Shown: positions 11,419 through 22,845 of the stretch, in pieces
Layout: each line of letters begins with the position of its first letter
Numbering within the stretch: the first letter of the stretch is position 1
Assembly (NCBI RefSeq): GCF_001447785.1
Contig: NW_015172020.1
Coordinates: 965,302-1,029,301 of the forward strand
Reading direction: 5' to 3'
Source: Gekko japonicus
Taxonomy: Eukaryota
DNA length: 64,000 nucleotides
Notes under the pieces: generated by a model
Told to the model about the DNA's origin: nothing
Seen by the model: only the letters and a program-made list of their open reading frames with translations
Databases searched by the model: none
Program-made: the position numbers and the translations under genes

Positions 11419-11765
11419 AGGCCTTTTTGGGTAGAAAAAGCCCAGCAGGAACTCATTGGCATAATAGGCCACACCCAACAGAAGAAACACATTAGCATAT
11501 TAGGCCACATCCCCATGCCTTCCCTTAGCTTACCTGGGCGTCCCATGGCTGTGGGAAGCCCGGGCAAGCCGGCCCTTGGACAAGCCAGGGAAGGCCTCCC
11601 CAATCCTTCCAGCCGGGCCACTCGCCTTGGAGTCGCGGGGGGGGTCGCTCTCCAAGCCTTCCCTCTGTAGCCACGCATGCAGAGGTTTTGGCTGTAGTGG
11701 GCGTGGCCAACTCTGAAGCCAGCCGGAACTCCATCCCTGTGCGTTCCTGCCCAAAAATAGCCCTG
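11419..11765. mobile_element. hAT-like MITE
   Basis: Imperfect TIRs CAGGCCTTTTTGGGTAGAAA / TTCCTGCCCAAAAATAGCCCTG. Confidence 0.6.
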
Positions 11766-12085
11766 TGTAATATGGATTTTCATTAAATGTTTTGGACATC
11801 ATGCACCCACATGTTCATCACAGAATCATTCCATTTTTGATATTGCTCTGATTAATTTCTACAAGAGCTTGATAATACCTATATTTTCATATCTTCTTTC
11901 CTGCACTGTTAGCTCTACCTTTGGTCCTCGGCACCTGAAAAGGCAGAGGGGGGAGGACAAGAGCTCCTGGGGTTGCCACGCTGGGAGCCCAACCCAGATC
12001 AGGGCCTCATGGCAATTTCTAAAGGCTACAACTGCTTCTAAAAGGGACTGGGGGCCATCGGGTCTCTGCTAACTCATCCTGGGAG

Positions 12086-12261
12086 GGCTCTTTTTGTAGC
12101 AGGAACTCCTTTGCATATTAGGCGACACACCCCTAAAGTAGCCAATCCTCCAAGAGCTTACACAGCTCTTCTTACAGGGGCTACTGAAAGCTCTTGGAGG
12201 ATTGGCTACATTAGGGGTGTGTCGCCTAATATGCAAAGGAGTTCCTGCTACAAGAAGAGCC
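12086..12261. mobile_element. Palindromic MITE with ~70-bp arms
   Basis: GGCTCTT..GTAGCAGGAACTCCTTTGCATATTAGGCGACACACCCCTAA..GTAGCCAATCCTCCAAGAGCTT is mirrored almost perfectly in the second half. Confidence 0.85.
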
Positions 12262-12742
12262 TGCCGGTAGTTTGGTCCATGGGGATAGGATATGTAAGCT
12301 GCTGCCTGGTCTCTTGGGGCAGCCATCTGTCTCCTCCTGTCTACTTTGTAGTGCTTCCTGCCCTCGGAGCGGAGGATGCCTGCCTGTGTTCAGCCATTGA
12401 CTTTGCATAAGACATTTGCCTTGGGGCAGGGGAGGTCTCCTGACCTTTAGAGGTGGCTCTGACTGAAGGTTTTATTGCTCCCCTTCCTTTATCTAACATC
12501 TTTGCATCTTTTTCCTGTGGTATTTCAGAATGAGGTCAGTCGGGTTAGTAGAGTAGGTGCCTGAGACGGGAACCTGAGCTTGCTCAGTGCCCAGAAAGCA
12601 TTTCTCATGCATGCGCTCAGGAAACAGCGGTCGACCTCTGAGAGAATCCCCACAAGGACTTTTGACAGGATGAGTTAGCAGAGACCCAGGTCAAGCTGGA
12701 ACCAGCCTGACTATACAAGTAACTGAGAAGTTTGGGATACAC

Positions 12743-13162
12743 CAGGGTTCCCTCTAAACTGAGTTAGTGTGAGCTCGCTCACAGTTTTTTAGCCTCTGGC
12801 TCACACATTTTTGTCTTAGCTCAGGAAGGATGGCTCCAGAGCAAACTAATTTATGCAGCAGCCAAATCACTTGCTCACTACTTTAATGCCAGTAGCTCAC
12901 AAAGTAGAATTTTTGCTCACAAGACTCCACAGCTTAGAGGGAACATTGGATACAACCAATGCTCCCTCTAAGCTGTGGAATCTTGTGAGCAAAAAATCTG
13001 CTTTGTGAGCTACTGGCATTAAAGTTGTGAGTGAGCGATTTGGCTACGGCATAAATTAGTTTGCTCTGCAGCCATCCTTCCTGAGCTAAGACAAAAACGT
13101 GTGAGCCAGAGGCTAAAAAACTGTGAGCTAGCTCACACTAACTCAGCTTAGAGGGAACAGTG
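12743..13162. mobile_element. Two inverted copies of the 205-bp hAT-like MITE (12743-12948 +, 12957-13162 -)
   Basis: Both carry CCCTCTAA...TTAGAGGGA TIRs; separated and flanked by related 8-mers GGATACAC / GATACAAC / GACACAAC. Confidence 0.85.
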
Positions 13163-13894
13163 GACACAACCATGTTTTAGGAACCCAGGAATCCATTATA
13201 CGACTGTTATGGCCTAGCAACACTGGGAATTCTGAGGCACTTGGAGGGAAGCAGAATGGGTATGACAACTCTTTGGTAACACGTTGGTATTTAGAACAGA
13301 AAATCCTAATGCAGGGATTTTGAACTCATTTGTTACTAGTGCCAGATCTGACATAAATGTCTCTTTGTCGGGCCGGGTGTCAGGTCCCCAGTCAATTCAC
13401 TCTCCACACACACTATTGGCAGTGAAATGCTTTATTAGAGATATAATATTGCTGTAGGTTCAAGAGCTTTTGTTAGGACTGAAGCCAAAGGCAGGAAACT
13501 ACAAGATATAGGTAAAATCCCAAATTCCACACATTCACACATCACACCTAAATCATGGCATTTCTATAACAATCTGGACAGATATACAGCTGGCCTGTCT
13601 AAGCTAGCCTGGTATACAGATTCTCCAAGGACAGTCTCATGGGAAACTATCTTGGGGCTGGCTCCCTTCGAGAAAGTTACAAGCAGCTACTCTCAAGCAC
13701 TCCAACAACATTCAATCCCCCCCCCCCCGGAATGCCACCTGCCAAGCGAAGGAAGGCAAAGGTACATTGATAAGAACCAGAAAGGCTGAAATCGAAAGTA
13801 ACTACAAAGCAAGTCCATACCATACATGAGTTGGGGGATTACTTTGGCCTTGAAGACTTTTAATGCAGCTGGTATGAATTGATTGCTTCTGGTG

Positions 13895-14188
13895 TAGAAG
13901 AAGAAGAAAAGAAGAGATTGGATTTATACCCCACCCTTCACTACCCAAAGGTGTCTCAGAGCAGCTTACAAACTCCTTTCCCTTCCCCTCCCCACAACAG
14001 ATACCCTGAGAGGTAGGTGGAGCTGAGAGAGCTCTTGACAGAAACAGCTCTTTTTCAACAACAGCTCTTATCAGAACTATGGCTTGCCCAAGGTCGTCCA
14101 GCCAGGTGCAAGTGGAGGAGTGGGAAATCAAACCCGGTTCTCCCAGATTAGAGTCCGCGCACTTAACCACTACACCAAACTGGCTCTC
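13895..14188 (-). mobile_element. Squam3-like tRNA SINE
   Basis: Reverse complement of the 8561-8848 family with (AGA)n tail. Confidence 0.85.
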
Positions 14189-14267
14189 GGGAAATGGCAG
14201 AAGCATTTATGTTGGCCATATTTCTTGCTGAATTACACTGCACAGACCAAGATGCATTATACTAGAA

Positions 14268-15410
14268 GTGCTAACCTAAGTATCTAAAATTTTTAACTTG
14301 TTTAGTTGGTTTGCCGCCAATGAGCCATTTGCATGGTTTCCAAGTTTTGGAAAAGACAAGTATTTTTGATTTTTCATGGTTTAAAAGTAATTTATTGGTT
14401 ATAAAATATGAAAAACATCTATTTAGTGAATGCTTTAAACCAACTTTGGAGCAGGACAATAGTACCATGTTGTCTGCATATAATAGTAAAGGGACATGGA
14501 CAGAACCCAGTTTAGGAGCATGGCAATCAACAGCTTCAGAGTTGGATTCGACTGGCTTTCGAGCAAGGGAACCTTTACCTTTACTTTAGTGGGAGACCAC
14601 ACTACTGAGACAGCTGGCCACCAAAACTAGGGGGGTTATCCCCATCTTGGATGATTAATGTAGATATAGCACCATATTATTGGAAGGTTTTATTGTGATT
14701 TTAAATGTTTTATTTATTATATACTGTATTGTATTTGCACTCGGCTTTGCCGCATGTGAGCTGCCCTGAGCCTTTGGGAGGGCGGGATATAAATCAAACT
14801 AATAAATAAATAAATAAATAAATAAATAAGGGGAGAGATCATTAAGGAACAGATTAAATAGAAAGGGTGCTGATATACAGCCTTGTTTGACTCCTGTATT
14901 TGACAGTATTTTTAAAGTTAATTTCCCTGTCAGTGAACCTTTGATTTGGCATTTTGTTGATGTATATAGCTTTTTAAATAAGTTTATGGAGTCTCTTATC
15001 TATGCTTAGTTGTAGTTTAGCCCAGAGGAGTTCCCTGTTGATTGAATCGAATACCCCTTTAAGATCTATGAAGGCAGCGTATAATTTTACATTGCTTCTT
15101 TTAACACACTTATTAATCAGGTGCTCTAATACAATGCAATGGTCTAGAGTAGTTTTCCCTTTACAGAATCCCAGCTGTTCCGGGCCTAAGACTCTCTGTT
15201 CTGTCATCCATATGGCCAGCTTGGATTGTAAATGTTTGGCATACAGTTTGCCCATAACGGAAAGCAGGCTGATTGGTCTATAGTTGGAAGGAATTGAGCA
15301 ATTACCTTTTTTGTAGATTGGGACTACAATTGCATTTAACAATGCATCAGGAATAAGGCCAGATTTGTCGATCATTGTAAAAAAAGGATGCAAGATGGGC
15401 CGCTCACCAG
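14268..15410 (-). mobile_element. Degenerate non-LTR retrotransposon reverse transcriptase (RTE-like clade), interrupted by SINE/L2-like insert at ~14550-14828
   Basis: Peptides VVPIYKKGNCSIPSNYRPISLLSVMGKLYAK, EQLGF..GKTTLDH, AAFIDLKGVFDSINR, VKQGC, LLYADN, KNFRYLG; frameshifted. Confidence 0.85.
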
Positions 15411-16165
15411 TCAGGGTCTAGTCCAATGAGCCTGAGCTTGATACAGGGCCATGTGTGCCATAACACGTAATGCTAGGTAGCAGAGATATAAACTGTATAA
15501 AGGACAGCAGCTGGTAAGCTCTGAGTTGTTGTATCCTCACTGCAAGGCCCCATGGGCTGGAAGGGGTTGCAAAGGAAAACCCATATGGGTGAACTGAAGA
15601 TCCAAAGGGCAGACATTCCTATGCTGCTTGACTGCTGCAGACAAGGTTGTTCCGCCATGCTGAAGCCACAATCGTAGTGGCTCTGTTCACCCCCCACCCC
15701 CCCGAGCAGTCTCCTGTTCCTTCACTTGCAGTAGTTGCTCGCAGGCAGAGCATAAGAGCCCTGGATGGGCCCGTTCTGGCCCCCGGGCCTTATGTTTGAC
15801 GCGCCTGTTAATGATATCCTCCCACACACTAATTAACATGGAGCGCAATCTACTGAGAATCTACTGAGAAGTTCTCCTGCATTGTGCCTCCTTGAAATTA
15901 ATGGAGTTGGTGGGAAAGGCTTCTGCTCCACCAGGACCCAGGAGAGTAGAGGACACTGGGCTATGTGGACTGTGGGTACTCACTTAATATGATGCTGATC
16001 CTAGCTTAGAAGCAACAAGGCCCCAAGGACCACTGCCTCCAGCGTGTAGCCCCAAGGCTCGCTGATCCAACCCTCAGTGACTGTGGTGCGCTGGTTAAAT
16101 TGAAAGCAGATCTTGGGTTTTGCACAGTAGAAGTTTATGCCCCAGCTGCTTCAAGTACACAGAGG

Positions 16166-16399
16166 TAGGGATGCCAGCCTCCAGGTGGGACCTGGGGATC
16201 TCCTGGAATTATAGCTCATCTTCTGACTACAGAGATCTGTTCCCCTGGAGAAAATGGATGCTTTGGAGGGTGGACTGCATGGCCTCACTGAGGTCCTGAT
16301 CCACTATAGGTTGTACCCCTAAATCTCCAGGAGATTCCCAACCTGGATTTGGCAACCCTATCCCCCACCGGTGGGCAGAGAGGGGACCTGGTAACTGTA
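16166..16399. mobile_element. hAT-like MITE (TAGGGATGCC terminus)
   Basis: Exact 8-bp TSD CACAGAGG (16158-16165, 16400-16407). Confidence 0.75.
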
Positions 16400-17463
16400 C
16401 ACAGAGGCTTGTTACTTTAGAAAATAAATGGACATTCTTTATTGTAGGAGAATTCCATGCTTGATAGGAAAGATCAAGGTTTCTAGCTACCCAACTAAAC
16501 TAGGATGGTGAGAGGTTCAAGTCAGCATGTCCAGTTTTCATCGACAGGCAAAGAAAGAGACAGGCAGGAAGAAGGAAGTCCTAAGAATAGCAATGCATGT
16601 GTGGCAAAGGGACAGCAGCAGATTGGACTGAAGGTCAGGTACAGGAAGTGCCCTATATAGCCTTACCAACTCTGCTGATGTCTGTGCTCGCATTAAGCAA
16701 TATTGTTGCATCCATTCCTTCTAACACAGACTGCAGCTGGGAAGACCCAGCTTCAAATTCCTGTGCAGTCACATAACTGACTTTGGGTCAGGCACCATCT
16801 TTCCGTTTTATGTGGGTTGGATCCAGGCTAATGTCTCCACGGTCCAGGATGCCCACCCGTACAATGTGATTTTTCCACCTCCCCTGTTCTGAGGCAGCCC
16901 CAAAAGCTTCTTGAAACACTGTTGCCAGGAGAGAGGCGGCCCCCAGGAACAAGATTTCAGGCTGCCACAGTGTGTGTGGGGGGGATACAGAAAAATGGCA
17001 TTCTGTAGGCAGAAGTACTTGCCTGTGAAAATGTTAAGTCTAGATCCAAGCCAAGGCTTGTTCTGAGGGTGAAGAGGTCCATATTCCCCCCCAAGCACAC
17101 AAATATATCAATCCAGGTGCACAGAGTAGATCATTTGAAAAGACCTCTGCAAAGTAGAAACAAATGGGGGTCAGGGTTTCCAGCCGTGCTCTTGAGGCCA
17201 TTGTGTCTGCTCCTGTTTGCATTATCATGTAGGAAGCCCTGGGGCACCAGGTGGAGCGGGTATCAGGCCACTCTTGAATTTGTGGGAGGAAGACAGCCTC
17301 TTAAATCTTCATGATAATCTGAACAGGAGCAGATTAACGGCCTTCAGAACCACAGCCTGAAATTTATTTACTCAAGATCACAGCCCGAAAACTCAAAAGC
17401 TCACATGCAGTTTGTGTGGGTTTTGGTTGGTGATAATAAACAGTGATGCAACGAAATGAAATT

Positions 17464-17562
17464 AAGCAAACTCTGGAGCACGATGGAAGACAGGAGGGCC
17501 TGGCATGATGTGGCCCATGGGGCCACGAAGAGTTGGACTCGGCTGTGCAAATGAACAACAAT
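17464..17562 (+). mobile_element. Bov-B LINE 3' end fragment
   Basis: GAAGACAGGAGGGCCTGGC..CCATGGGGCCACGAAGAGTTGGACTCGGCT..GAACAACAA, similar to 59400-59500. Confidence 0.7.
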
Positions 17563-18475
17563 AAACAATATTTTTGATCCCTAGAACTTCTGTCATCTCC
17601 ATGGCTGGAAACAACTTCTTCCCAGTACCCTGGGTAGCCCCAGCCTGTCGGACTGGACAGTATTAGTCTAAGGGATACTATTTGTAGCTTCTTATGTCAA
17701 CCCTGCTTCCAGTGCAATCACTTTGAAGGCAGGCAAGGCACCAGCCTATTTGTTTTCTTGCTTGGGTGCCTCTTTTAGTTCCTAAACCTGGCAATGTTGC
17801 TGCTGCCTCTCAGCTAGGTGGCCTAAAAGAATTTATGTGGAACTCACAAGCCCTGCAGCTGTACCCAGACGGGACATTTCACACTGGCTAGCCACAGACG
17901 GACAAATTTCACTTCTAGAAAGCAATACTTGTTCCAGAAAGGATGCCCACAGTTTCGATTTCTTGCGCATACTTACTTGAAGAGCAGAGGAAACATGAAT
18001 TGAAAGCCCTCTGGCACCTCTTCAGCCTGTCACATGCCGTCACTTACTTGGAAAGAAGTTCACAATGGCAGTAAATGACTGTGGACTGCTTAAGCAACAT
18101 GCATAAGTTCTTCATGGGTTAAAAAGGAGAGGCAGACTGCTGTAGTGACAGAAAATGCTATTTATCAAATGTTGTGTCAAAAGGTTCTAATCCCAACTCT
18201 GCCAGTCATATACTTTCAGCCTAATCTACCTCACAGGTTTGTTGTGAGGATAAAACCGATGAGAACCTATGTCATCGCTTTGTGTCAACATTGGGAGAAA
18301 GGCTTACATTACAGCACGCTCTGCAGCAGCAACTGAAGCCCTTTGGCATTTTCTCACCCACAATTTGTATCAGATTTATCTATGCCAAAGAAAACATGGT
18401 CTAAATTGGAAGGAAAGGCTTAGAGAGTGTAATGTGATATTTTAGACTCTAATACGGGGGGGGGGCTGTGTAGCA

Positions 18476-19318
18476 TTAGCAGACAGAGATAGAATTCAAC
18501 AAGATCGGAACACACTGGAAAAGTGCATGGTTGTGAACAAGATGCAATTTAACAAGGATAAGTGCCGAGGTTTACATCTGGGTAACAAAAATGAGGAACA
18601 TGCATACTGGATGGGGGATGCACTTCTGAGTAGCAGTGTGTGTGAACAAGATCTTGGGGTACAGGTGGACCAAAAGTTAAATATGAGTAGCCAGGGTAAT
18701 GCAGTGACAAAAAAGGCTAATGTGATATTGGGGGGTATCAACAGAGGAATAACATCCAGATCACAAGATGTCACAGTCCTGCTGTACAGTGCATTGGTCA
18801 GGCCGCACCTGGAGTATTGTGTGCAGTTCTGGAGGCTTCACTTCAAAAACGATATGGACAGAATGGAGCAGGTGCAGAGGAAAATGACAAGGATGATCAG
18901 GGGCCTGGAGACCAAGCTCTGTGAAGAAAGGCTGAGGGATTTGGGAATATTTAGTCTGAAGAAGAGGAGGTGGAGGGGGATATGATTGCTCTCTTGAAGT
19001 ATCTGAAGGGCTGTCACTTAGAGGAGGGCAGCGATCTGTTCCTGTTGACAGCAGAGGATAGGACTCACAAGAAGGGGTTTAAATTAAGGGCGGGAAGGTA
19101 CCGTCTGGATCTTAGGAAAAGCTTTTTTACAGTAAGAGTTGTGCAACAGTGGAATCAGCTGCCTAGGGGGGTGGTGAGCCTCCCCCTCACTGGCAGTCTT
19201 ATAGCAGCGGCTGGGCAAACACTTGTCCGGGAGGCTCTAGGCTGATCCTGCATTGAGCAGGGGGTGGACCTAGTTCGCCTGTATAGCCCCTTCCAACTCT
19301 GTGATTCTGATTCTATGA
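18476..19318 (+). mobile_element. CR1 LINE 3' portion (ORF2 C-terminus and tail)
   Basis: Peptides NKMQFNKDKCRGLHLG, QDLGVQVDQKLNMS, LYSALVRPHLEYCVQFW, FFTVRVVQQWNQLP; GATTCT-repeat tail; frameshift near 18975. Confidence 0.92.
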
Positions 19319-20589
19319 ATAGGGAGAGCACTGCATGCTTATTATGAAAACTTTGCAATGCTGCAGAATACTCCCTAAAGTAAAAGAATGGAACACACTC
19401 AGACCCCTTTCACATTACAGTTCTTAAACTAGACTTATCCATTGTTGGCCCAGTTCCAAGTAAGGCAATACAAGGATGGTGGTTTCATACAGTGAATTTC
19501 ATTCCATTAATGAGCATTCTCTGAAGCAATCTGGCCACTTCAAACAGTGCTGCACTCCACCCCCCCTTTTTTGCCATGCAATCATCCTCAAACTTTTAAA
19601 AAATGTTCTAAGTTGAGTGCTATAGCGCTAGACCAATATAGCACTTCAGAGCTACAGCGGCTGTTGAGATGCCTTGACACCACTGAGATACACTTAGATC
19701 GTGGCTGCTGTTAGCAACTTCTGTAACACCAGTCACCGATTCCCAGAGCACCTGTTGTCCAGTGAGCTACTTCTGCAATCTCAGTGTATCTCAAGGAAGA
19801 TTACATGGTGGAAAAGGGCACTGGGGAAAGCACAGTACTCTTAGAAGCAATGCAGACATTTTAAGCAGCACACTACAGTTATTCAGAAGCGCAAAGAGGT
19901 GTTTAAGCTTTTCCTCATCTTGCCAAATATCTTGTCTGCTTGGAAATCTCCCCCCATTTCTTGTACTTTCTCCTCTCTTGGGTCCCTCTTTGCCCCTTCA
20001 GCATTATTTCTCTAATGGACACCAATGAATTTCTTCTCTTGCTTTCTCTCTCCCGGACAGCCCATGCCTTTCCCTTCACTTGTTCTGTCTTCTGTCATGT
20101 TGAGGAGTACTATAATTGTCTGAGATCTGGTTTCCACATGTAAATAAATCAGGAGTGGCAGTAAAGTGGCAAAAATGTGAAGTGGTGGAATGAATTGCCC
20201 CATACCCTGCAGGCAAAGAACTGCAGAAGACCAAGTTTTGGAATAGTTCCCTATCAAGCTAAACAAAACAAAAAACCACAAAAGCATACCTATAAATATT
20301 AAATCAGCGCAACAAGCAAAAAAAGAGAGAACCGCTATGCTAGCTATTTATTTATAATTTGCATGGGATTTTTAAAGCAAAGGAATAATGTTGGTGTGAG
20401 CACGTGAGGTTTGTGTTAACAATATCCATTTTTGGAGGTGACGAATTCATACGGTCGCCATAAGTCGGAAGCGACTTAAGGGCAGTTAGCACACACAATA
20501 TAATGTTTGGTATGAAATTTGTGTTCTGATCGTTTGGATTTTACTTTGGATTGTTCACAAGAAATCTGACAACTTCTGCTCCTCTATGG

Positions 20590-20726
20590 TTACGGGCCGC
20601 CTAGACAAGATCCACCCTCACGTTTCCCGCTCCGTTCTGGGCCGCTGCCAGGCAACAAGCTCCGTCACTTCCGGCGGGGCCTAGCAGCAGCTCCGCTCTG
20701 TGGAGGTCGGGGAGGAGGCGCTCAAG
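20590..20726 (+). promoter_or_regulatory. F8A1: F8A1 CpG-island promoter / 5' UTR
   Basis: CpG-dense from ~20590; ETS/GABPA-type site CACTTCCGG at ~20667; E-box CACGTG at 20401. Confidence 0.6.
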
Positions 20727-21711
20727 ATGTTGTCGGTCCCGGGCTCTGGAGGCGCCCCTTCGCCGGGCTTCGGCGCCGGCGAGGCCGGGTCGGGCTCCGG
20801 GGGCGACTTCCTCACCCGCTACCGGCTGGTGTCGGCCAAGCTGCGGCGGCGCTTCCTGCGGAAGCCCAACGTATCGGAGGCGGGCGAGCAGTTCGCGGCG
20901 CTGGCGCGGGAGCTGCGGGCCCAGGNNNNNNNNNNNNNNNNNNNNNNNNNNNNNNNNNNNNNNNNNNNNNNNNNNNNNNNNNNNNNNNNNNNNNNNNNNN
21001 NNNNNNNNNNNNNNNNNNNNNNNNNNNNNNNNNNNNNNNNNNNNNNNNNNNNNNNNNNNNNNNNNNNNNNNNNNNNNNNNNNNNNNNNNNNNNNNNNNNN
21101 NNNNNNTGGGCAACGAGCTGCGCGCCGCCTCCGAGCCCGGCCAGGCCGTGCCGGCTCTCCTGCGCGCCGCCGACCTCCTGGCTGCCGCCCACCTGCCCCT
21201 GGAAGCCGTGCGCTGCCTGCGCGACGTCGCCTCCTGCCTGCTGCTCTGCAGAGACCACGACGGCGCCCTGGCTGTGCTCACGCAGGCCCAGCTGCTGGTC
21301 CAAGGCGGCGCTGGACTGGCCGGACCGGCGGCAGCGGCCCCAGCCTCCTCCTCCTCCTCGTCGTCTCCCGCTAGCCTCCCGCCCGGCGCCTTCCTCGACG
21401 AGCTGCTCCACTGCGAGGTGACCCGCGTCCTCCTCCTCCTCCTGCTCCAGCCGCCGCCCTCCAAACTTCTGCCTGAGCACGCGCAGACCCTCGAGAAGTA
21501 CTCCTGGGAAGCCCTGGATGCCTCGCCTGGGTACCTGCCGCCCGAGCTCTTCCTGCTGCTGCAGTCGGCGGTCATGGCCTGCCAGGAGAAAGACCTGGAG
21601 GCGCTCAAGGTGCTGCAGAAGGAGCTGTGGCCGCTGCTTAATGCCGAGCAGAACCACCTCGTCCATTTGGTCGTGCAAGAGATGATCAGCCCCTCCGGCC
21701 AGGGATTCTGA
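20727..21711 (+). CDS. F8A1: Huntingtin-associated protein 40 (HAP40, factor VIII intron 22 protein); apparently single exon, with assembly gap 20926-21106
   Basis: N-term [41 protein letters not shown] and C-term [34 protein letters not shown]...[22 protein letters not shown] match HAP40; ATG at 20727 in AAGATG context. Confidence 0.95.
20926..21106. other. Assembly gap (N run) inside F8A1
   Basis: 181 Ns. Confidence 1.
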
Positions 21712-22723
21712 TGAGTGACACGTCCCTTTCTGAGCGTGGGGATGTTGACACTGCCCCTGTGACTGTGGGGCAAGGTCTTGTTTTTAGGTATGGATGGCGT
21801 TCAAGGAAGTTTGCTAGTCAGAGCTGATCCTAAGGAGTAGTGCTTCCCTTGGCCCCGCCAGCCAGCTTGCCATAGTGGTTTTGCCTTCCCTCTGTACCTG
21901 AATGCTACAGACTCTTCATGCTCCTACTCGCCCCTCCCCTCCTGAATCTATTACACCCTCTTTGCCTATTATGCCAATGGTTAAGGACTTGAAAGAACCA
22001 CATCAGAACCCTTAGTATTGTCCTTCAGCCAGCATTTCCTTTTTGCCTCCAGAAGACACATCCTTTAGTCACATGTGATTCTTGTATCTTGTTGTAATTT
22101 TTATATCTTATGTATATTTTCTCTTTGGAAACATGGTCATACCGGGTTATCACACTATCAACTTTGGGGTAGATGTATATATTTATTTATTTAGAAAACT
22201 TTGGGTAAACATCCTTAATGTCAGGAATCACATCTGCCTGTTTCTTGTGCACTTCATTTGTTCAAAGATAACATATGTAAATAATTTTAAAGTGGCCAAA
22301 ATGGGACCTTCAAAAGTTTTTCCCATTAAAAACAAATCTGAAAAATGTACCGCTGTTTTCTTTTGCACTAGGTTCTTTGTCAGGGTTTCTTGCTTGAAAA
22401 ATTCCTACTTTACCCCTATTGTTTTCTGTATTACAGCAGCATTAACTGAACACTGTTTCACTGATTAGAATGGACAGATGAAAATAAGCTTGTTGAAGCA
22501 GAAGAAAAATAACTCAATGCCTTCACAAATGAAATCCTAAACATGTTTACCCAATGAAACTTACTGGTGTTGTGTCTGTAATACTTTGCAGCCTTAAGAA
22601 GCAACTCCCTCTGTGACTTCTGAGTAAACATGCTTAGTAGCACCATGCTAAGTAAACTTAAGATTGTAGCTTTACTATTCAGTAACTACACTCACAACTT
22701 AAGGATACTAACCTCAGAAACGT

Positions 22724-22845
22724 ACTGAACCAGGTTTCTTGCTCATTTTTTTTAGTTTCAGAGTAGAATAAAACTACTGGTTGCGGACTGAACCAGGTTT
22801 CTTGCTCATTTTTTTAAGTTTCAGAGAATAAAACTACTGGTTGCA
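22724..22845 (+). repeat. ~63-bp tandem duplication containing AATAAA in each copy (candidate F8A1 polyA signals at 22767 and 22827)
   Basis: ACTGAACCAGGTTTCTTGCTCATTTTTTT..GTTTCAGAG..AATAAAACTACTGGTTGC x2. Confidence 0.8.

Noticed and set aside
20601-21773. Long minus-strand ORFs over F8A1
   Set aside because: Shadow ORFs of GC-rich coding sequence, artificially extended through the N gap.
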